A stretch of 59,480 bases of DNA, filler included, from Bipalium vagum (taxonomy: Eukaryota): assembly GCA_037834085.1 (NCBI GenBank). It is 3 parts of 3 records of this genome, joined end to end, with 100 filler letters (N's around TTAATTAATTAA, not from the genome) between each part and the next. Parts side by side here need not be neighbours in the genome. Positions count along the whole stretch, not along the records: positions 19,916 to 43,474 come from JBBMKC010207820.1; positions 43,575 to 59,480 come from JBBMKC010139151.1; 1 more part is not named here. One strand, 5' to 3'. Under the pieces are notes generated by a model that was not told where the DNA came from, made no database searches, and worked only from the letters and a program-made list of their open reading frames with translations. Below are positions 25,378 to 47,321 of this stretch, piece after piece. Numbering within the stretch: the first letter of the stretch is position 1; each line of letters starts with the position of its first letter. A program made the position numbers and the translations under genes.

Positions 25378-26379
25378 TTTTTAATAAAAAAAATGAAAAT
25401 GTAGCCCACCTAACAACTTGACAAATTAAAAATAATTATTAGTAAAATAACTAAAGAATAATTTTGATTTACCAATATAAGAAGTGGTGACATAAATGTC
25501 CCAACCTAACAACTCTACAATTAAAAAAATATTTTTTAGTATACCTATACCTACAATTATTTTTTTTTATTGAATCAAAAAACTTAAAGAAAACCATTCA
25601 CCAGATTCGTTATTTTCACTCCAGGGTTTGTATACTCTTCATATTATAGATTGAGTTCTTCTAGAAATTAAATTAAAAATTGTTATTTTGATCAACAAAT
25701 TTTCATTTTAATTGAGTTGTGTAAAAAATGTAGAAAAATATAATTTGTAAAAAGAGTGTTATCTTATTTGTGTTTAGTGCTTTTAAACCTTTACTGAAGT
25801 CAAATATTGATAAACAAAACCGTAACAGATTCCCATATTGAAGAAAGATGAGAAACAGCAAAGAATTCCCATTTAGAGGAAAAAAAATTTGAAATTTGAA
25901 TTTTTTGACCTACCTAATGAAATTGAAAAACAAGAGTAGAATGAGATCTCAATATAAATAAAATTAGATAGGAAGATTGAGAGAAAATTATTTCAGTAGC
26001 GAAATTAATTGTGTTTATGAAAGTAATATAAGTAAAGTAATATAAGATAAAAGTAAATTTTTAAAAATTATTTTTTTAAAAAAATTGTAAAAAAAATCCC
26101 AAGAATTAATAATAATAATTATTGGTTGCATCCATAATTTTTAAAGACCATAAATTTAATTTAATTGATATTTCAAATTGTTTATATAGACTTAATTTAG
26201 TTATAAAAATGGATTTTAATTATTGAGTCAATAATTTAAATTTTGCCGTGATAATTATATTGCATAACTGAAACATTTTTATAATTATTCTAATTGTATA
26301 TTCAACAAAAAACAAAGAAATATCAAAGGCATGTTTGAATTAATTGCTTCAAGCCCTTTTATTTTATTTTAAATCTAGA

Positions 26380-36886
<10,507 letters not shown>

Positions 36887-37679
36887 TCATTTTTAGAAAA
36901 ATAATGGAAAATAATTGTTTATTTGAGCTTGATCTGTTTTGATCAGAGTGCGGAATTAATAATGTCTTGTATTGTTGGTGTTGTATCACTTTTCATTTGA
37001 TTACTATAATTAATATATTATTGCCTATTAAAAGCTGAGAAATGTTTGAAAATTATTCCGCATTAGTATTTTTAGTATCATTCAATATTTTGGGTCTATA
37101 TGATCAAGGCAATAAACATGACATTTAATTTTAGGCTTTATTTAAATATGTAAACGATTTGATTTCTGACTGTTTTAATCCATTTGCTTTGCAGAATTTC
37201 GTTCGGCTCTGATTTTTTTGTCAAATAGTTTCATGGATTGAGATTGTTATAATTTGGTAGCATTTTGGAATCATTTTTTTCAATTTATGAGTCTCGATTA
37301 TGACATTAGAATTAGACATTTTGATCGGGTTTTAGTCAATTATTTGTACAATTAATGTCATGAAAGCTTCTTTTTTAATTATATGTGAAATTATTTTTAA
37401 ACTTAAATTGCTTGGAACAGACATTTTTCATAGTACAGGTATTACTTAATATTCTGAAAATTTCCAAATAGGTTAGAATGTCTGGAAATTATTGTATAAT
37501 TTCAAAAACAAGTCTCTTGCTTTAACAAATTAAACCTTAATGTTTAATTGATAAAATCTCTGCGAATAATCAGAGTTAATTATTCGAATTTAATAATGAC
37601 TAGAGCTAGGATTTTAGGTTCACAAGTATTAGGAAATAGCTTGCAAAACAAAAATTATTTATAACATTCAATCAAACTA

Positions 37680-38860
37680 TTAAAATATGATTTAAATATT
37701 CGATGTTTTGTCATCTCCGGTCATGTACAAAACTATTGTCAAATCAGAATTTTTGTCACTTCTCCAACTTTTGCCTCTACGCCTCATAGTGCCTCCTTAA
37801 CATCGATTAGAACCGCCCATTGTGATTCTTTTTCATGACAATGTTTCTCATATTTAATCAAAGCAGTTATCAGGAAAGATTAAGCATGCACAGCTATAAG
37901 TTCATCTTTTACTTGTTAATCGGCTAATTCTTTGGCTTCTTTCACCGCCAACAAATCATTTGGAATGGTATCCAAGAAATTAATTAAAGCCTGAAAATCA
38001 TTAAAAATGACTTTTATACATATTCCCCATCTGATGAGAATTGGAGAGAGTGGCGAAGGAAGACCAGTAACTTCTAAATACTTATGTATTGTACTTGGTG
38101 ATTTTTTTTCATCATTTCTTTTATACATCACATAAATCTATTTGCTTATGAATTTTCATCTGTCACGGACTCACAAACGAAATGCAATGCAAGTTACATG
38201 TTTCAGATTAGGGTACATTTGCTTGAAATTTGATATCGCCATTAACCCATGAGCACCAGTCACACTTTATTATATTGAATTCCTTTTGGTCACAATAAAA
38301 CGCATTCCTCATTTGAAACTCTACTCTCCATGAAGTACGTTTTTACGCTTAGATTTGACTTTCAGAGGTGCGACTGAAATACTTAGTACAGATCGCTTCT
38401 GCTTATAGGTGAATTCATCCATTACAAAATATTCCGGATTATCAACAACTGCTTCTTTGATTAATGTCAATATATCTCCATGGTACAATTTCCTTAATGT
38501 ATGTATTTTCATCCGGAATGGACTTTCCGGTGTATATTTGTAGGTATGAAATCATTTTCGTATTATTCATCTTAGCAAGAGGAAAGACACAATGTTCTCG
38601 GTGTTTCGCTAAAAATTCATAACTTCCATTTGAAGAAGTGAGTGGATCACTGATAAAAGTCTTCCTCTTCACATTTTCCTCACATTACAATTAATTAGCA
38701 TTAAAGTGCTTAGCAGAATCTATGTGCTGATTGATACGGGCTCGTTGGTGCTTTCGTTTATTTTTATTAAAAAAAATCACAAAGATTGCATTCTAGAATA
38801 TAATCCGCAGCAAACACTTTTGTGATTTCCATTACTTGAGCCTACATTTGGTTTTGACAT
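37680..38860 (-). mobile_element. Decayed hAT-superfamily transposase, CGGBP1-related
   Basis: Motifs in order: ILECNLC...RINQHIDSAKH, FPLAKMNN..YTGKSIPDENT, YFVMDEFTY..KRSVLSI, MYPNLKHVTCIA and PSPLSPILIRWG (PPEPVxTRWGTW). Confidence 0.8.
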
Positions 38861-39550
38861 ACTGAATTAACAAGACCTAATTAGGAAATTATAAATTTAT
38901 GTTCAAGGCCTTTTATGTAAACTCACCATGAACACAATTTTATGGAGTTTTCATTTTTTTAAAGCAAAACCCGCATTAACGAAAAAAATTTCAGTTCCCT
39001 CGACATTCGTTAAAGCGATGTGTTCCACTGTGCTTAATTTAATCCTCAAGCAAACTGGACGAAGAACTTGTTTTTAACTGAAGGCCACATGTTTTAACGA
39101 ATATAAATATTTTACCGTTTAATAAATCAATAAGAAAAAATTTGAACTCAGTTTAAAGTAGTGCTAAGATTTGTGACGGAACAAAAAATACATTAAATAT
39201 TAAAATACGTGAAATATTAAAGGTCTTGTTTTTTATTATTATTTGTGTCTGCATTTATTCGGTTGGTAACGATGAAAGAAAGTCAGCCAGTCAAAGGTTA
39301 ATTTAGTAATAATTATGTTCTAAAAATAAATATTTACAATCGAGAATAACAGTATGAATAAATATAAATAATAATATAATATAATTATTTACATTAACAT
39401 TGGTGCAATGTTAATTGTAAATGTTACATGTTTTAGGCCATTATTTTTTATAATTGTTCGAGCCTGTTTTTTGAGATCGGTTTTGAAAACATTTTAATTA
39501 TCGAAAATGAAATTGCTTTGACAATGGTCAACATTGACTTAATAATAAAA

Positions 39551-40140
39551 TTGGATTGGAAAAAATTATAATTATCCTTTTCTAACTGAGAGAAAATTAA
39601 ATTTCATCCCGTTATTAATTGATTCCGTTTTCCTAAGTATTCAATTAATTGATTTATTAAATTCAATCAATATTTATATTTGGTCTAAAAGAACGATGTA
39701 TTTATAAAATATCACTGTAAAAATTGCCATTCCATGAAACATCGAAAAGTTTCTTCCATCACGGCTTGATCAGTGAAGAACTTTTTGTGGGTAAACAATT
39801 CAGTGTGCTTGATTAATAGTAAGCGGTTGGTGGTTGTCTGTAGACCTTCACATTGTAAGAGATTTAACTTCATCAGCGCTATCCTTGAGTTATGTGACCT
39901 GACATTGTCGTGCAATAAAATGGAATCTTTTCTGTTTACTAAAGCTGTCATCTTTTGACAAAGTTTTCCTATTCATTTTGTCTATTTCCTCACATTATTT
40001 GTCACCTTTAATTACATCATCTCTTATAGGGAAGCTGTAATGGATTATATCATTGATACACCGCTAGACTGTAATCTTTAGGATTAGGACTTTTGACGTT
40101 TTTTTCTACAAATATGTCGTTATATAATCAATATTTTTTT
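39551..40140 (-). mobile_element. Decayed mariner
   Basis: ALVNRKDSILLHDNVRSH motif and a TIR-like TTGGATTGGAAAAAATT at 39551. Confidence 0.75.
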
Positions 40141-40344
40141 TCCTGGTATTTTGATGGTCCTTTTTAAAATTTTTAAGCAGTATAATGATATATTAAAAGA
40201 GATATTATTATATATGAAGTCATAAGTACAAAAAGATAATTTAAAAAAAAATTATTTATTTATTTAAATACATTGATAAGTTTTTTCCTACATTTTCTGT
40301 TAATAGGCTTTGTCTCTGTTCCGTTATTATTTGTTTATATTTAC

Positions 40345-41245
40345 TGAAGCTTCTTTCAACATCAACAAATGTTGGGGAACATAGGACAAACATTTATCAA
40401 CCAACGTACGCTTTAAAACATTGAAATTCAAAAGAAGTTGATATCTGTATTCTTGGCAGATAATTGGGATATAGGTCGAACAGAAATGGTAAAGCATAAA
40501 ATAATGCACAAAGGAAGGCCAATAAAAATTAAACTAATGGAGACAGAGGAAAAGATTGACTAACCAATTACAAATTTATTCGACAACGACATCATCAGAA
40601 AGTGTAACTTACCATGGAATTCTCCTCTGATATGCGTATGGAAGAAAAAAAAAGAAACATGTAAGATTATGTTTAAATTTCAGGATATTAAATGCCATAA
40701 CGAAGAGGCAAGCATTTCCGATCCAAAAGGTGGGAGAAATGCTAGACAATTTGTACGGAACAAAATACATGAGTACTATTATGTAAATCGGAAATGTCAA
40801 TAACGTTTCAAGATATTTTTTTGCCAATCTCTCTTTTTCGACCCCTTATAATCACAACACAAACAGCTAAATAGAAAAATCAGGGCCGTGCGTTATTTGA
40901 TCAAAGCTACTTCAAGCGGAAGGGGGACAAACCACTAGGCTGTGATCCTTTGGAAGGAGAATTTGCCCTCAATTCTACGCTACAGAAAAAAATCGGAATA
41001 AGTCTGAAATGTGTTTTGATAGAAAGATCTCAGGAATAAAAAAGGCAGCTGAGAAACAGATTTCTACAATAAAAGAAACTACAAAGAGAACAGTTACTGT
41101 AGGAGAAAAAGTGTTAATAAAAGCCGAAGCCCGATGAAAAGGAAATGAAGGACCCTATGATTTTGTCGAATCGAAGATGTGTTACAAAAGTTAAACGGGA
41201 AGAAATTTGAAAGGAATGTGGAAAAAAAATTAAATTCTTGAGAAC
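40345..41245 (+). mobile_element. Ty3/gypsy LTR retrotransposon pol remnant (deleted)
   Basis: RT N-terminus DIIRKCNLPWNSPLICVWKK..VRLCLNFRILNAITKRQAFPI..MLDNLYGTKYMSTI. Integrase-like pieces STPY, ALNST, VGEKVLIK and EGPY. Confidence 0.88.
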
Positions 41246-42339
41246 CAGGGTATAAGGAGACTAGTCAGACATGAGGGATTTTCAAATTAGTTAATTATTT
41301 TTAAAATCAAGTGTTTTAAATATAAAATATATATTCTTATGAAATTTTAAAATTAAACTTATTATAAAATTATAAAAAAAGAATTTCTAGGTCTGCGAAA
41401 ATTATTTTAAATATTATTGGTTTATGACTTAATAAAAATTATTTTAAAAATGTATTCTCTTATTGATAGTAAGTCAATTGATATTAAAAGTCATTATCAT
41501 TATTTTTTATATTAATAAAATTAGTTGATTTACATGATAATTTGATATATGATGATCCCACTGATGATTTATATTGATTAAAATCTATTTTAAGTGAATT
41601 CATATATTCGTAATTCAATCAAGATCCAGGAAATTAATTTTCATCAATATGTTTCTTTGATTTAAAACGATATTGAACATAAATTTTGATTTAGGTGGTG
41701 TGGATAAAAGTTCAGAGACTCGTATAGAAACATAATTAAGAATTTTATGAAATTTTAAAAATAAATAAATTAATATATACAGATAAGTATTATTATATTT
41801 CTTTAAGGTTGATATTTGTTGATATTTGCTAAGTCTTTTTGAAAAAACTGTAGCATCAAGTGGAATTTCAAAGCGTCGTACGGTTTTGCTATTAAATATA
41901 CTGATCACCACGAAAGGTCACTCGGTAAATCACTCCAATAAGTCCAATAACCGAAAATTTCATTGAAAATAAAAATAAATAATGATAAAAATAAACACAA
42001 CTACTGTTATAATAAAAGAGATGAAAGAAATGATGAAAAGAAGAAGAGTTTTCGGGAATAACCACAAAAATAAATAAAACGATCTCACCAAGATCAAAAA
42101 GGGGTCCCCGAGTCGCCCTCTAGGCTCTTCTCAGGTAGCCTAGGCGTTCCAAAGCTCGCTGGGTTCCTTTGTTAAATCCTTCTGCGTCGTCATATCCACT
42201 AGGAGGAAAACCTGATATAATTGCTTTAGTCTCTGAATTGATTTTGAATTGTCGCTCGTCTCACAGTTTTTGCACAAATTGATGGGAATAGCCGTATCTT
42301 TATATAGTTGCTTTAATTAATTAATTATTGTCATTTACA

Positions 42340-42830
42340 ATTTAATATTATTTGAATTTTAATTTTTTACTATATAATATTATGTTGTTATGTATTCTAC
42401 TTCATCTAGATGAATTCTTACAATTTTCTCTTCTTATTTAGATTTTAAGCTTTATATTTAAGTTTTAATTTTCATAATTTATATTATTACATAAATTAAT
42501 AAATCCTTTTTTTATTCTTTTCATTTTTATGAAAAAATATCGCAGAAATCTTATTAATATATTAAATAAATTCATCTTTTCTTTTTCAATATGATTTTTG
42601 GATCTTAAATGTGTTAATAAAGCTGATTGTATTTTAAATTCTATATAAAATATTTCACAATTAAATACTTATGAAGTATTACTATGATAATTATTATTTT
42701 AAAATTATTGTTAAATCTTAAATATTAAAATTAAAACTATTTTTAAAAAATATTTATTACATCTATCACAATAAAAATTAGTATTCATATTATCGATCAT
42801 ATTATTAGTCATTTTATTACTCATTTTTTT
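42340..42830 (-). pseudogene. Decayed C2H2 zinc-finger ORF
   Basis: Minus-strand MSNKMTNNMIDNMNTNFYCDRCNKYF and FNCEIFYIEFKIQSALLTHLRSKNHIEKEK, separated by stops/frameshifts. Confidence 0.5.
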
Positions 42831-43474
42831 GGGTTGAAAAGTTGATTACATTAAATTTGGATGTTAACTGAAATTATATTTTTATTAAATTAATTAAAAA
42901 TGTAAATAATGGTAAAATGTTCAAACAAGATCGCTATGAAACCGATAATTCAAAAAATAGTAGACTTTTTGGGCCTCAAGTTTGGTGGTGGTCTTGTTTA
43001 GGCATTTTACTATTACTTAAATGATAAAGAAATTTTAAATCTTCCATTTAATATATTAAATTAAACAAGTCAAACAATTTTTTAAAAAACTAGGCATTCA
43101 AAAAAAATAACAAAAAATCTGCAATTTCTTGTTTAAAAACCTAAACCTTCGTTATTAATACAAAAGTGTACTTTGCTTGTACCTCACACTTTTTCTCTTT
43201 CGTATTTTATTCACTCGCTCACGCTCACATAAAAATTCTCACTCAAAAAATGTGTTTACAAACAAAGAACACTTAGGGCACTTGTAAAAATAAAAAAAAT
43301 TTCTTAACATTTTTTGGTATTCACAAAAAATATATTAATATGATGAAAGAAAATGTTGAAAATTTAGAAATTTTTAATGTAGGTAATGAGCTAAAAGATC
43401 GATGTATAATTTTTTTCTCTTTAATTGTTTCTAAATTTGAAGAATCAGAATGTAAATCTTTATTATTAAAATCA

Positions 43475-43574
43475 NNNNNNNNNNNNNNNNNNNNNNNNNN
43501 NNNNNNNNNNNNNNNNNNTTAATTAATTAANNNNNNNNNNNNNNNNNNNNNNNNNNNNNNNNNNNNNNNNNNNN
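43475..43574. other. Artificial contig linker N44-TTAATTAATTAA-N44
   Basis: Same structure as 19816-19915. Confidence 0.97.
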
Positions 43575-43717
43575 TTAAAAAGTGTTCAAATTTTAAAGTA
43601 TACAGGTTTTCAATTAACACAGGTGACAATAACTTATATTTACAGTGTACGAAATTAAATGTTCAAATAAAAGATGTGTTCAGCTAACAAAGGTGTTCAT
43701 TTATGCAGGTTTCACTG
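43575..43717 (-). mobile_element. pogo/Tigger-type MITE, partial copy
   Basis: Ends ...GGTGTTCATTTATGCAGGTTTCACTG|TA. About 80 bp is the reverse complement of 44151-44232. Confidence 0.8.
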
Positions 43718-44150
43718 TAATTCAAAATGTATGATGCCTAATAATTCCACCATACAGAAATCAGAACTTTCTTTTTGAACCTGTTGACTTTTTAACGACA
43801 GACAACAGTGGTTAACCAGTTAGACGCCATTGTTTTTTGCTATCAGTAGACACATAATAAATCCATTTTTCGTCGCATGCAACTATTTGTCACAAAAGCG
43901 AGTCTCTTGGATAGTTCAGTAAGGTTAGACAAACAGTAATTGGTCTTTTTTCTTATTCACGTGTTAAGTACTGAGGTATTTCGAAACGATTCTAATAACG
44001 TACTCGAAGCAATCTTAGACCAAGAAACACTCTTTTAGTAGGGATATTTAGTTTCGGTAATAATTGTCTTTTATTGTTTTGTGGATTAGATGCAACTGCG
44101 TGTTTTATGAGTTCAAACTCATTGACCGATGTCTACCCGATTTCGGTATA

Positions 44151-44326
44151 CAGTGAAACCCGCATAAATGAACACCTTTGTTAGCTGAACACCTCTTTAT
44201 TTGAACATTTAATTCCGTACACTGTAAATATATGTTAAACTTGAATACCTTGATTATCTGAACACTTCTCTAATTTGAACTTTATAGCAAGAACACTATG
44301 GTGTTTAATTTAAGCAGGTTTTACTG
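44151..44326 (+). mobile_element. pogo/Tigger-type MITE (176 bp)
   Basis: TA|CAGTGAAACCCGCATAAATGAACACC ... GGTGTTTAATTTAAGCAGGTTTTACTG|TA with internal TGAACA reiterations. Confidence 0.88.
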
Positions 44327-47321
44327 TATCTAAAATCGTCATATCAGCGCTTTCAAATCAACGATAACAAGGTTGTGGAAGCTTGCAATTCATAGAATTT
44401 TCACCTTTAAATTCAGATATCTTCTAGAAGCCTCCCGATTCTTGCACTCATTTTTTCCAACAAGGCATTAGTAAACTAGGATATATAATTTTGTCAATTT
44501 CCATTTTTTTCATACTAATTTAATCTAAAAGTTATATATTCCTTAAAAGTAGTCATAAACAACGGATTTAGATAAACAACAACTACATATTGATATCAAA
44601 TTTATTTTAAATATATTTATTTTTAATGTTATAGTCTTCATTCAAAATGATAGATTACTTTTAGAACAACCTAATATTAATAATATATAGAGAATCTTAT
44701 CATTGTAACAGTATATTAATAAAGATCTTTCATTCCATAAGGATAATATAAACTTCCTCCCTGATGTATCTCTAAAAATTATCATTAATATTCAAAATAA
44801 CAGGAAAATAAACATTTTTTGAGATTTTCTGTTTCTTTGAGAGTCCAGCATAATTTAAGAAGATTATGGAAATAACCACCGCATGTTCATAGATATGTAG
44901 GAAGAATAAGAAGGATTTAGGAAGAAAACACTTATGTAAGTATATAATAGGAAGAAAATATGATATGGAAAATCTCTTTTAGTCTTCATAAATTACATTT
45001 TGTCTGAATAGTTCATTATCGTATCGAATTTCAAAAGGAAATCAACTTCTCGTTTATCATTTTTATCTTCTTTAATAGAAGAATTGGTAAATATAAAAAT
45101 TACATTGATGAGAGATAAAAGAAGTTTTCAAACTGATTATATGAAGATTTTTATTTATTAAATTTATTTAATCAAGAAATTGTTTTCCTTTGAATTATGA
45201 CGTTTTTAACATAGAAAAATATTGAAATATTAGTATAATGCAAGTCTGTTTCTCGCTGGTATCATTCTGAAAGCTTGAACTGATCAAGAAAGTTCCTATG
45301 ATTAAAATTTGTAATATGTTAGGACAAAAAGTTAGTTTATACGATATGATTATATTAGGATGTATCAAAAGTCTTTTCCCATAAAACAACATTTACTTAA
45401 ATGAAAATAAAAGAAGAACAAGATATGAGTAATCTTTGAAATATATATCTTTGTTTTCAATGACCTTAAATCATTGAAAACTCTGCTAATTCTCGAATCT
45501 AATGAAAATAATACAACTTAGTTTTGGAGGAAAAAACTTCAAAACAAGCCTGTTTGACTTCTTTCACTATTTCAAATTGCTAATCTCAAAAAATGTAACC
45601 AAAGAGAGAAATAAGCCGCGAAGACTCTTCGTCCGGACCGTATCGTGAAAGTGAAAATAATTGCACACCAACTATTTTCTTAATTTGAGCTGTGGTCAAT
45701 TGAGTACGGTGCACGGGAGTAATATCTTGTTACAACAAAACGTGTTTTTTATTTATTAAAATATGACGAGTCTATAATATTTCATAGACACATTCCAACT
45801 GCTCTGCAGTATTCATTAAGACACATCTAGGAACAAACCAAAAATCGAGAATTCCCACAAAATTCCACCATATACTTAACCGAATCACTCATAATTTAGA
45901 AACAAATGCTAACTAAAAATAAATAAAACCAAAGTTTCTATAAGAAATTAAGTTCTGCAATAAACAACCTTTAAATTGATATATTCAAGCGTATAAATCT
46001 ATTTATTATCTACTTGAAATATTTAAACTACTATTTTAGATAACATTTTGGGAATAACATTTTTCTAATTATCTAATAGTTTCGATAGAAGTACAGTATT
46101 TGTTGATATACGTGATTCAATGTGTTTGGAAAATCCATAAGATCCTAGGTTATTCGATTTTACGAGTGATCTCAGTTAATTATTATGGACACCAACATTG
46201 ACCTTTTCCTTTCTTTCAGATTTCATTTTCTGTTTGCAACATTACTCTTTCCCTAAATTGTTTTCACTTTTCTATTTTCATATATAGGTCTATCACATAG
46301 TTTACACTCATGAAAGAAAGGGAAAAAATCAAAAATCTTTTAAAGTCTGCTACTTGAATATCGAAAGAAAATCAATTTATTAATTATAATTAATAAAATA
46401 ATAAAATAACACATAATAATAATCAATCATCTGTGAATTACTAAATCATGTTATACCATTTGTACAAAGAATATTACTCAAAGTGTTCCAAAGTGGCACA
46501 ATATTACCAGGTTCACTTCAACCGAACAATTAAAACAATTTTTAATATTTATATTTTTTATTAATTTCAGCCTAAATAAAAATTTTTTTTAAAATAAATA
46601 TTATGTTCTATAATTATTTTTAAAATTTTTTTCTGTTTTCCCTTAGCTTTTTATAAAATAAAAGGATATCAAGTTCCATTTGAACTCGAACATATCTCAA
46701 TCATATTTACATAGAAAGAATTTTGAAAAGAAAACTAAAAGGTTATTGTTGTTTAGAGAAACTTTCTATGGAAAGGGGGCGTTGCATTCGTAAAATGAAA
46801 CAATTAGATTATTGTATTATTTTCCCTTATTAATTCGTGGATCATATTTCAAGCATATGTGAAATTGATTTGTCAATCAACATAGAAACACGATATTCGT
46901 CAACAATATCCTTTAGAATGTACAGCTGAGGTAAGGTAGACTTTTGAGGTCTACCTTAGATCATACTTTCAAAAGGGTTATATGTTTATCCTGTTAACCA
47001 TAAGAAATTAATAAGAAATTAATGGCTACTTCTCTGAAATATTATCAATTTTTACATTTCAAACAGTAAAGAGTATCAATATTTTTGATTTCTTACACTG
47101 ACGATATGAAATCAATTGTCAGACTGAGATTTAGAAATGTTACAGTTAGCTGTCCCGATCCTAATGACGGAGAATGAAAAATAAGATGATAATGTTTTCC
47201 AGATAAAATATGGTTGAAAATTGTTTCAAGGTCACAAATTAATATTAATAAATTCAAGTAATTTAAATAATTAATAAATTTTATATTAATAAAAAGGTCT
47301 GGGATAAAAATAAGTATTACT

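Noticed and set aside
45195-45830. ORF 45195-45392 and GC-richer patch 45600-45830 as further Ig exons
   Set aside because: No Ig motif and no phase-compatible splice chain found.
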